Shown one piece after another: positions 38,238-46,571 of a DNA stretch of 52,362 nucleotides. Position 1 is the stretch's first letter; every line of letters begins with the position of its first letter. Under the pieces are notes generated by a model that saw nothing but the letters and a program-made list of their open reading frames with translations, had not been told where the DNA came from and searched no databases. The DNA comes from a bacterium (GTDB taxonomy: Bacteria > UBP18 > UBA7526), in the NCBI GenBank assembly GCA_030616365.1, contig JAUWXM010000001.1, positions 1-52,362 of the forward strand. Direction: 5' to 3'. Position numbers and translations under genes: made by a program.

Positions 38238-39251
38238 ATGATAAAAAGAATATTTCTTATTGCGCTTATTCTATGTCTCTTTCTTGTTTCTGCTGCCTAT
38301 CCAGAGGATATTACCCTGGTGGCCGTAGGAGATATCATGCTGGGAAGATACATCGCTAAAGACTTAGCAAGAAAGGGCTACTCCTTTCCTTACCAAAAAG
38401 TTCAGGGCATCCTCTCTTCTGCTGATGTCACTTTTGGCAACTTAGAATGTTCTATCTCTAAGAGGGGCAAGACGACAGGAAAAGGGTATTTCTTTCGTGC
38501 TTCTCCTGAAGCAGCCCCAGGATTGGCCCGGGCGGGATTCGATATCCTATCCTTAGCCAATAACCACAGTATGGACTATGGAGCCTTGGCCCTTCAGGAT
38601 ACTATTGAGATATTGAATAAAAATCACATTCTACCTATAGGCGCCGGCAAAAATTTGACCGAGGCCAGAAAACCAATAATTATTGAAGTGAAGAAAAGAA
38701 AAATAGCCTTTTTGGCCTATTCTTTTGTCTATCCTGAAACCTACTGGGCAGGAAAAGACCGCGCGGGAACCTCTCCCGGGAAAATAGAATTCATTTGCCA
38801 GGACATAAAAAGAGCCCAGAGACTCTCTGATCTGGTTATCGTCTCTTTTCACTGGGGGAAGGAGTATAGTGAAGTGCCGAGTGACTACCAGATAAGGATT
38901 GCCCATCAAGCAATCGATGCCGGTGCTGATCTGATTATTGGTCACCATCCCCATGTGCTCCAGGGGATAGAGTTCTATAAAGAAAAACCGATTCTTTATA
39001 GCCTGGGTAATTTTATTTTTGATCAAGCATTCGGCAATACCAGAAAGGGCATTATTCTGAAGTGTATTTTTTCTGATGGTAATAAGTTGAAAACCATAAT
39101 CGGCATCCCCATCTCGCGCACCTATGCCACCTACTACCCCCAGATTGCTCAAGAGAAAGAGAAGGAAGAAATTATATCTCATTTTTTAGGGGTTTCAAAA
39201 TCACTCAATAAAGAACAAGAGAACTTGAGTAGATTACGATTCAAAGAGTAA
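38238..39251 (+). CDS. Exported CapA/PgsA-family metallophosphoesterase
   Basis: Signal peptide IFLIALILCLFLVSAAYP. VAVGDIMLGR...FGNLECSIS...LSLANNHSMDYG...SFHWGKEY...IIGHHPHVLQG...YSLGNFIFDQ. Confidence 0.8.
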   Translation: MIKRIFLIALILCLFLVSAAYPEDITLVAVGDIMLGRYIAKDLARKGYSFPYQKVQGILSSADVTFGNLECSISKRGKTTGKGYFFRASPEAAPGLARAGFDILSLANNHSMDYGALALQDTIEILNKNHILPIGAGKNLTEARKPIIIEVKKRKIAFLAYSFVYPETYWAGKDRAGTSPGKIEFICQDIKRAQRLSDLVIVSFHWGKEYSEVPSDYQIRIAHQAIDAGADLIIGHHPHVLQGIEFYKEKPILYSLGNFIFDQAFGNTRKGIILKCIFSDGNKLKTIIGIPISRTYATYYPQIAQEKEKEEIISHFLGVSKSLNKEQENLSRLRFKE

Positions 39252-39267
39252 ATTAAGGAGCGCGCCT

Positions 39268-40518
39268 ATGACCAGGAGGGGAAAGATTATAAATAGGGCG
39301 AATGGGAAAGCGGTCAAGAGGATGATCGATTCCCAGCCGATACTGGTAGATATTAAGCAGGCCAAGGATGTCATTCCGGAAATGACCAAGAGGACTATCC
39401 TTCATGCCGGACCTCCTATAGAATGGAAGAGGATGTGCGGACCGGTAAGGGGAGCCATAATGGGTGCCCTAATCTATGAGGGATTGGCAAGAAACCCCGA
39501 AGAGGCGAAAAAATTAGCGGCATCTGGGAAAATAAAATTTTCTCCCTGCCACCACCATAATGCGGTGGGCCCTATGGCCGGAGTAGTCTCAGCCTCTATG
39601 TATGTCTTTGTAGTCAAGAACGAGAAATTTGGAAATTATGCCTACTGCACCTTGAATGAGGGATTAGGAAAGGTATTGAGGTTTGGGGCCTATAGTGAAG
39701 AGGTAATCGAGAGGCTTAGGTGGATGGAAAAGGTCCTTGCTCCGGGCTTGAAGAAGGCGGTTAAGAAATCGGGAGGGATAAATATCAAGAACCTGACCGC
39801 TCAAGCACTTCAGATGGGTGACGAGTGCCATAATAGAAATGTTGCTGCAACATCATTATTTATAAAGGAGATTACTCCTTACTTCCTCAAGACCGATCTG
39901 GATAAGAAAATAATAAGAGAGATAATTGAGTTTATCTCGGGGAATGTTCACTTCTTTCTGAATATCTCCATGGCGGCCTGTAAGGCAACCGCAGATACTA
40001 TCCTTGGTTTTAAGAATAGTTCCTTAGTGAGCGCCATGGCCAGGAATGGGACAGAGATTGGAATAAGGGTGGCAGGATTAGGAAAGAAGTGGTTTACGGC
40101 AAAGGCCGGAATGCCCAAGGGGTTATACTTTGCGGGATATAGTGAAAAGGACGCCAATCCAGACTTAGGAGATTCCACAATATCAGAGGTCGCAGGCATC
40201 GGGGGATTTGCTATGGCCTCTGCCCCGGCTATCGTTCAGTTCATCGGAGGAAGTCCTCAGGATGCCATAAAATACACCAAAGAGATGTATGAGATTACTA
40301 TTTCCCAACATAGCACTTATAAGATTCCTTCCCTTGACTTTATGGGGACTCCTATTGGTATCGATATCAGAAAGATAGTTGAGACCGGGATTACTCCGTT
40401 TATCAATACTGGAATTGCCCATAAGAGACCGGGCATCGGCCAGATAGGAGCTGGCATCCTGCGCGCCCCCATGAGCATCTTCGAAGAGGCCTTGGTTGCC
40501 TTAAGTTTACCCCGTTAG
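39268..40518 (+). CDS. DUF1116 (YlbE-like) protein
   Basis: ILHAGPPIEWKRMCGPVRGAIMGALIYEGLA...HHHNAVGPMAGV... The family normally accompanies FdrA and DUF2877. Confidence 0.7.
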   Translation: MTRRGKIINRANGKAVKRMIDSQPILVDIKQAKDVIPEMTKRTILHAGPPIEWKRMCGPVRGAIMGALIYEGLARNPEEAKKLAASGKIKFSPCHHHNAVGPMAGVVSASMYVFVVKNEKFGNYAYCTLNEGLGKVLRFGAYSEEVIERLRWMEKVLAPGLKKAVKKSGGINIKNLTAQALQMGDECHNRNVAATSLFIKEITPYFLKTDLDKKIIREIIEFISGNVHFFLNISMAACKATADTILGFKNSSLVSAMARNGTEIGIRVAGLGKKWFTAKAGMPKGLYFAGYSEKDANPDLGDSTISEVAGIGGFAMASAPAIVQFIGGSPQDAIKYTKEMYEITISQHSTYKIPSLDFMGTPIGIDIRKIVETGITPFINTGIAHKRPGIGQIGAGILRAPMSIFEEALVALSLPR

Positions 40519-40571
40519 AGATCCTCGTCAGAGACGAGGCAGACGCTTTAGGCGTCTTATCTCTAACGGGG
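40510..40571 (+). other. 62-nt three-way-junction palindromic element (copy 1) overlapping the stop codon
   Basis: Outer stem ccccgttagagat/atctctaacgggg. Inner hairpins cctcgtc-aga-gacgagg and agacgc-tttag-gcgtct. The TAG stop (40516-18) lies in the 5' arm. Confidence 0.8.
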
Positions 40572-40714
40572 CAGGGCATAATTTTCCTTTCTTTTCCGCT
40601 GAATTTGAAGTATAATGTTTATATTAAACGAGGCAAGCGAAGCGCGTCGTTATAATACTCGTTGTATTAGAAGGGGCAAGCGATGGGGCGTCTTCATACT
40701 TTTAGGGGAGACAA

Positions 40715-42613
40715 ATGATGAGTAAATATAAAGGATATAATGGGAAGTATATCCGGGTTGACCTGACAAAAGAGGAGATTAAAATCCTGGACCTCCCGGA
40801 TGATTTCATTGAGAATTATCTGGGAGGGAATGGCTTTGGGACAAAGATACTCTGGGATGAGGTCCCTCCAGAAGTAGATGCCTTAAACCCGGAGAATAGG
40901 CTCATTTTTGCTACCGGTGCCTTGACTGGAACCCTCTGGCCCTGTTCTGGTCATTTAGAGGTGATCAGTAAATCCCCTCTAACCGGGATCTATGGGGATG
41001 CCAATGCTGGCGGGTTCTTTGCTCCAGAACTGCGCTTTGCTGGCTACGACATGATCGTCTTTCAGGGAAAGGCAGAGAGACCGCTCTATCTATGGATTAA
41101 AGATGATAAGATTGCATTAAGGGATGCTAAGCATCTCTGGGGGAAGAATACCCCCTCTACTCAGAGGATGGTCAGGGAAGAATTGGGGGATGAGAAGATT
41201 AAGGTGGCTAGTATCGGGCCAGCAGGAGAGAATCTGGTGAGATTTGCCTGTATCGTAGTCACTGAGAATCGTGCTCTTGCTCGAGCAGGAATGGGAGCCG
41301 TAATGGGTTCTAAAAACTTGAAAGCCATTGCCGTAAGAGGAACGAAACAAGTGTCGGTAGATAATCCAGAGGAGTTTAAGAAGGCGGCTTCCCTGGCAAG
41401 AAAAGCCATAAAGGAGAATGAGTTCACTGCGGGAGAGCATAAGTATGGGACGGCAGGATTAGTAAATATTGTCAATGAGGTGGGAAGGTTTCCTACCAGG
41501 AACTTACAGGCCGGACACTTTAAAGAGGCGGATAAGATAAGTGGAGAAGCACTGGATGAGAAGCACTTTGTAAGACATCGCGCCTGCTATCGCTGTCCTA
41601 TTGCCTGTGATAAGGTAATGGAAGTAAGAGAAGGAGAGTATAAGGGAACGGTAACCTCTTCCCTGGAGTATGAGACACTATGTGCTCTTGGTTCAAAGTG
41701 TGGCAATAGCAACCTACCTTCTATTATAAAGATGAATGTCATCTGTGATAGCATGGGAATGGATACCATCTCTGCGGGAGGGGCTATCTCCTGGGCCATG
41801 GAGTGCTATGAGAAAGGCATCCTGACCAAAGAGAATACGGATGGCCTGGATTTATCTTGGGGGAATTATCATTCCATAATTACTCTATTGGAGAAAATTG
41901 CTAAAAGGGAAGGTTTTGGTGATATATTAGCAGAAGGTTGTAAGAAAGCAGCAGAAAAGACTGGCAGGGGTTCGGAGTATTATGCCATGCATGTCAAAGG
42001 AATGGAGATTCCTGCCCAGGATGGAAGGAGTCAGCAGTCCATGGGACTGGCCCATGTAACCTCTAATAGGGGAGCAGACCATCTTAAGGGGTTTCCTACT
42101 ATTGATGAGACTGGTTATCCGGGAGCAGCCATAAAGAGGTATGGAAAGGATAAGATGCCTGAGATAATAGATGGCATTCAGACAAAGCATAAGCCCTTTG
42201 TAGTAAAGGACGGGGAAGAGTTCTGCGCAGTGATTGACTCCGGTGGAATCTGTAAGTTCGGAACATTATTTCCTCCTGCTATCTATTGGGATCTTTTGAC
42301 TCCAGGAATAAAGTATGCTACTGGACTGGATGTCGATGTTCCAAAACTGAAGAAGATTGGGGAGAGGATATATAATCTGCAGAGATGCTACAATATCCTC
42401 TTGGGAATATCGAAGAAGGACGATACCCAGCCAGAGAGACTACTGAAGGAGCCCTCCCCCTCTAAAAGAGCCAAAGGCCATGTGGTCTACTTAGATAAGA
42501 TGTTGCCTGAGTATTATCAATTACGGGAATGGGACAAAAACGGCTATCCCACAAGGAAGAAGTTAGAAGAACTGGGCTTAGGCTTCGCTGCTGATAGACT
42601 TGCACGCAGATGA
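40715..42613 (+). CDS. aor: Aldehyde:ferredoxin oxidoreductase (tungstopterin AOR family)
   Basis: GYNGKYIRVDLTKEEI...NYLGGNGFGTKILWDE...GPAGENLVRFA...HRACYRCPIAC...GADHLKG... Confidence 0.85.
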   Translation: MMSKYKGYNGKYIRVDLTKEEIKILDLPDDFIENYLGGNGFGTKILWDEVPPEVDALNPENRLIFATGALTGTLWPCSGHLEVISKSPLTGIYGDANAGGFFAPELRFAGYDMIVFQGKAERPLYLWIKDDKIALRDAKHLWGKNTPSTQRMVREELGDEKIKVASIGPAGENLVRFACIVVTENRALARAGMGAVMGSKNLKAIAVRGTKQVSVDNPEEFKKAASLARKAIKENEFTAGEHKYGTAGLVNIVNEVGRFPTRNLQAGHFKEADKISGEALDEKHFVRHRACYRCPIACDKVMEVREGEYKGTVTSSLEYETLCALGSKCGNSNLPSIIKMNVICDSMGMDTISAGGAISWAMECYEKGILTKENTDGLDLSWGNYHSIITLLEKIAKREGFGDILAEGCKKAAEKTGRGSEYYAMHVKGMEIPAQDGRSQQSMGLAHVTSNRGADHLKGFPTIDETGYPGAAIKRYGKDKMPEIIDGIQTKHKPFVVKDGEEFCAVIDSGGICKFGTLFPPAIYWDLLTPGIKYATGLDVDVPKLKKIGERIYNLQRCYNILLGISKKDDTQPERLLKEPSPSKRAKGHVVYLDKMLPEYYQLREWDKNGYPTRKKLEELGLGFAADRLARR

Positions 42614-42797
42614 CCGCAGATCAAAACGCAGATGCCGGATGCGCTTCGCTAGCATCCGAGAGAGCTTAAATATTATGCAATGACCGCAGATTATCAGCGG
42701 ATAAGCCTCAAGGTAAACGAAGTGCGTTGAGTATCTGCGTCTAATATACCCACGTAGTAAGCAATACAAAAAAATCCGCGTTTAGGAGGTAAGAAAG

Positions 42798-44045
42798 ATG
42801 ATGGATCTCATTATCAGGAATGCTAGGACAAGAGAAAAGGATGGCAGAGTAGATATTGCCATCAAGGAAACGAAGATTAGAAGAATAGCCAAGAAGTTGA
42901 ATGGTAAGGCGAAGAATGAGATTGATGCTAAAGGAAAATTGGTTACCCCCACATTTATCGATCCCCATCTACATCTGGATAAGGCTCTGATTAGCGAAGT
43001 GGTGAGGGAGAATGTCACCGGAACCTTAACCGAGGCCATTGAGATTATCTGGAATAAGAAGAGGAAATATACTATTAAGGACATTGTGAGTCGGGCAGGG
43101 AAGGCCATTGAATGGGGAGTGGGGAATGGGACAACCATCTTCAGAACCCATGTGGATGTCGATAATATCGGGAAATTGATGCCTCTAAAGGGATTGTTAG
43201 AAGTAAGGAAGGAGTATTCCGATATCTGCGATATCCAGATCGTGGCTTTTCCTCAGGAAGGGATATTAAAGAATGAAGGGACAGAGAAGTTGGTGCGTCA
43301 GGCCATGGAGATGGGGGCAGATGTAGTGGGTGGAATGCCCTATAACGAATATACCTATGATGATTCCAAAAAGCACATCGATATTGCCTTTCGGATTGCC
43401 AAAGAGTTTGATGTGGACATCGATATGCATGTGGATGAGACGGATGATCCGGATGCCCGAACCTTAGAGTACTTAGCAGCCAAAACCATAAAGGAGGGCT
43501 GGCAGGGAAGAGTCACCGCTGGCCATACCTGCGCCTTAGCGGCCTATGATGACCTCTATGCCTCCAAAGTAATCGGGATGATTAAAGAGGCAGAAATGAA
43601 TATGATCACCAATCCGGCTACGAATCTCATGATTCAAGGAAGATTTGATAAAGAGCCTAAAAGAAGAGGAATTACCCGGGTGAAAGAACTTTTGGCGGCT
43701 GGAATAAATGTCTGCTATGGCCAGGACTGCCTGAAGGACACCTTCTATCCCACCTGGGGAAGGGAGGATATGTTAGAGGTGGGCCTCATCACCGCCCACG
43801 CGGCACAGTTTACTATGCCAAAAGAGATCGAGGTGCTGTTCGATATGCCTACCATAAATGCTGCCAGGGTATTGAGACTTAAGAAGTATGGGATAAAGGT
43901 GGGAAATCCGGCCAGTCTTAACATTATCGATGCCCACAATGTCCAGGAGGCCTTCCGCACTCAGGCAGATAGGCTCTATGTGATAAGAAAAGGAAAGGTC
44001 ATCGCCCGCACCAAGACCATCTCAGAGCTCTTCAGGAAGAGATAG
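42798..44045 (+). CDS. codA: Cytosine deaminase-like amidohydrolase
   Basis: FIDPHLHLD...RTHVDVD...IQIVAFPQEGIL...GADVVGGMP...IDMHVDETDD...IQGRFDKEPKRRGITRVKELLAAGINVCYGQD is closely parallel to E. coli CodA as recalled. Confidence 0.8.
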   Translation: MMDLIIRNARTREKDGRVDIAIKETKIRRIAKKLNGKAKNEIDAKGKLVTPTFIDPHLHLDKALISEVVRENVTGTLTEAIEIIWNKKRKYTIKDIVSRAGKAIEWGVGNGTTIFRTHVDVDNIGKLMPLKGLLEVRKEYSDICDIQIVAFPQEGILKNEGTEKLVRQAMEMGADVVGGMPYNEYTYDDSKKHIDIAFRIAKEFDVDIDMHVDETDDPDARTLEYLAAKTIKEGWQGRVTAGHTCALAAYDDLYASKVIGMIKEAEMNMITNPATNLMIQGRFDKEPKRRGITRVKELLAAGINVCYGQDCLKDTFYPTWGREDMLEVGLITAHAAQFTMPKEIEVLFDMPTINAARVLRLKKYGIKVGNPASLNIIDAHNVQEAFRTQADRLYVIRKGKVIARTKTISELFRKR

Positions 44046-44060
44046 AAGGAGGTAAAATAA

Positions 44061-44822
44061 ATGAAGTTAATTGATCTGACTCAGCCCTTGAGTGTTTTGA
44101 CCCCTGCCTGGCCGACCTATGAGCCGTTGCAGGTGAAGTTCTTCAAGAGGTTGGCTCCCAATGGGGCCAATGGACAACTAATCACTACTTCCAACCATGT
44201 GGGGACCCATTTGGATGGTGCCTTACACTTCTGCACCCATGGAAGGGACATCGCCTCCATTCCTTTGGAGGATTTGTATGGGCCGGCAGCGGTGGTTGAT
44301 TTATCAGATATGGCAGAGGATTATGGTATTTATACCTCAAAGGATATTACCGATCGGGTGGAAGTTAAAAAAAGGGATATTTTAATCATCAATACTGGAT
44401 ACCATAAGTATGCCTGGGATCAGCCAGAGGCGGATGAGGTGAGATATATGTGTAAGCATCCTGGACCCACTATGGAGTTTGCTGATTGGTGCAAGAAGAT
44501 GGAGATTAAGTGGATCGGTGTGGACTGCGGAAGTGCCGATCATCCCATGAATACCAAGATAAGGGACTGGATGCCTCGTTTAGCCAAGGAATGCAATGAA
44601 TACTTTAAGAAGAAGCGTAAGAAGAGCATTGAGGAGATCTTTCCTTCTGACCATTATCAGCTGATGCACATTCAATTATTCCCTCATGACATCATCCATG
44701 CAGAGAACTTAGGGGGAGAGATAGATAAGGTGTTGAATAAGAGGACCATCGTGGGTTGCTTCCCCTGGAGGTTTATGGGGGGAGAATCCGCATTCTGCCG
44801 TATAGTAGCCTTTGAGAAATAA
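44061..44822 (+). CDS. Cyclase-family hydrolase (kynurenine formamidase / isatin hydrolase-like)
   Basis: MKLIDLTQPL...NHVGTHLDGALHF...IGVDCGSADHP... Confidence 0.7.
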   Translation: MKLIDLTQPLSVLTPAWPTYEPLQVKFFKRLAPNGANGQLITTSNHVGTHLDGALHFCTHGRDIASIPLEDLYGPAAVVDLSDMAEDYGIYTSKDITDRVEVKKRDILIINTGYHKYAWDQPEADEVRYMCKHPGPTMEFADWCKKMEIKWIGVDCGSADHPMNTKIRDWMPRLAKECNEYFKKKRKKSIEEIFPSDHYQLMHIQLFPHDIIHAENLGGEIDKVLNKRTIVGCFPWRFMGGESAFCRIVAFEK

Positions 44823-44832
44823 GGAGGAAATC

Positions 44833-45570
44833 ATGGAAAAAGAGTATCACATTGGGTTGAAGAAGGGAGATGTGGGAAGGTATGTCCTGCTTCCTGGTGA
44901 TCCGGCAAGAACAGAGATAATCGCCAAGCACTTTGAGAATGCTAGAGAAATGGGATTTACCAGGGAGTACCGGACATTCACCGGGACGGTAGATGGGATT
45001 AAGGTCTCTACCACTTCAACTGGAATTGGATGCCCCTCTACCGCTATTGCTATTGAAGAGTTGGCAAAGATCGGGGCGGATACCTTCATCAGGGTGGGAA
45101 CTGCTGGCTCCTTGCAGAAGGAAGTAAAATTAGGAGACGTCGTTATCTCCACTGGGGCGGTGAGGGAGGAGGGGACGACCAGACAGTATGTCCCTCTCAG
45201 TTACCCAGCAGTTGCTGATTTAGATGTAACCCAGGCCTTAGTGGAAGCAGCAAAAAAGTTAGGATTTCCTCATCATACGGGGATCGTCCACTGCAAGGAC
45301 GCCTTCTATACTGAGGGGGCAAAAGATCTGCCCTTGGCCGAACATAATGAGGAGATGTGGAAGGCCTGGTATCGCTCAAATGTCCTGGCCACCTCTATGG
45401 AGTCTAGCGCCTTATTCGTGGTCTCCTCAATAAAGAGGTTGAGGGCCGGAGAGGTATTGGCCATCATCGGCCTCACCTATGCCGATCAGCCTATCGAGAA
45501 GAAGGTAGGGATTACCGAAGCAATAAAGATCGCCATTGAAGCGGTGAAGATACTGGAAAAGGGCAGGTGA
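44833..45570 (+). CDS. udp: Uridine phosphorylase
   Basis: YVLLPGDPARTEIIAKHF...TSTGIGCPSTAIAIEELAKIGADTFIRVGTAGS...PAVADLDVTQALVEAAKKLG...MESSALF. SD aaggagg before ATG 44833. Confidence 0.85.
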   Translation: MEKEYHIGLKKGDVGRYVLLPGDPARTEIIAKHFENAREMGFTREYRTFTGTVDGIKVSTTSTGIGCPSTAIAIEELAKIGADTFIRVGTAGSLQKEVKLGDVVISTGAVREEGTTRQYVPLSYPAVADLDVTQALVEAAKKLGFPHHTGIVHCKDAFYTEGAKDLPLAEHNEEMWKAWYRSNVLATSMESSALFVVSSIKRLRAGEVLAIIGLTYADQPIEKKVGITEAIKIAIEAVKILEKGR

Positions 45571-45681
45571 GCCCCGAAGGACAAGCCTACGGGGCAAGCA
45601 AGCGGGAAAGTGAGCAGGTGAGAGGAGAGTAGTAATACCAATGCAAAATGAAAAACTTAAGATTCCCAGGGAAGTAATTAT

Positions 45682-46512
45682 TTGAAGAGTAAGCAGAGCG
45701 ATTTTTTTAAGCATCTCTTTGGCGGAGAAAAGTCATCACCGAAGATAGAGAAGAGACCCTTGGTCCTGAGCTATTCCCAGATAAGCACCTATCAGCAGTG
45801 CTCCCTCAAGTATAAGTTTCAGTATATAGAGAGAAGACCCACCAAGCCCAGCCCTCACTTAGACTTCGGAAATACCATCCATGATACCCTGAAAGACTTC
45901 CACAAAGAATTTGATCCTAAGAGAACAATCTTGGAAGATCTATTGAATCTCTATGAGAAGAACTGGGTGGCCGAGGGATACGAAAGCCAGGAGCAGGAAG
46001 AGGAGTTTAGGAAAGAGGGAGAGAGGATGCTCAGGGATTATTATCAGACAGCAATAAAGAACCCCAATCTTCCTCTTTATTTGGAGGAAAGCTTTAAGTT
46101 TCGCATGGGGGATTGCGAGATCTGGGGAAAGATCGATAGGATCGATAGGCTTCCTGATGGGGGATGGGAGATCATAGACTATAAGGCGGGTAAGAGAAGA
46201 ATAGACGAGGTAGGATTAGAAGCCGATCTAAATCCTTTAGAGATCGATGAGAACTTTCAGTTATCCCTCTATTATCTGGGCTGTAAGGAGAAGTTCAAGA
46301 AGGTTCCAAAGAAGGTGAGCCTCTACTATCTGAAGTATAATCAGAAGCTAAGTGCCACCAGGAGACCGGAGCAGTTAAGGGATGTGGAAAAAATCGTAGG
46401 TGAGGTTGCCTCCCAGATCAGGGAGAAGAAGTTTGAACCGAAGAAAGGTCCCTTATGTCCCTGGTGTGATTATAAAGAAATCTGTCCGACCTTCAAGGAA
46501 GGCCCCCGTTAA
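45682..46512 (+). CDS. Single-domain PD-(D/E)XK (Cas4/AddB-type) nuclease with a 4-Cys cluster; close paralogue of half 1 of 18868..20493
   Basis: QQCSLKYKFQYIERRPTKPSPHLDFGNTIHDTL, GKIDRIDRLPDGGWEIIDYKAG, FQLSLYY, CPWCDYKEIC. TTG start. Confidence 0.8.
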   Translation: MKSKQSDFFKHLFGGEKSSPKIEKRPLVLSYSQISTYQQCSLKYKFQYIERRPTKPSPHLDFGNTIHDTLKDFHKEFDPKRTILEDLLNLYEKNWVAEGYESQEQEEEFRKEGERMLRDYYQTAIKNPNLPLYLEESFKFRMGDCEIWGKIDRIDRLPDGGWEIIDYKAGKRRIDEVGLEADLNPLEIDENFQLSLYYLGCKEKFKKVPKKVSLYYLKYNQKLSATRRPEQLRDVEKIVGEVASQIREKKFEPKKGPLCPWCDYKEICPTFKEGPR

Positions 46513-46571
46513 AGACTCAGTTTCTTTTTTTCTCGCCATTTTATTTCCCCTTTAATTTTTTTGGAGATTCT

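Noticed and set aside
40572-40714. Moco/tungsten-cofactor riboswitch upstream of the AOR gene
   Set aside because: It was considered because of the 140-nt leader before a tungstopterin enzyme. I could not recognise the conserved Moco-RNA motif by eye. The region instead contains the same ggcaagcga / atattaaac words seen in other spacers. An Rfam scan would settle it.
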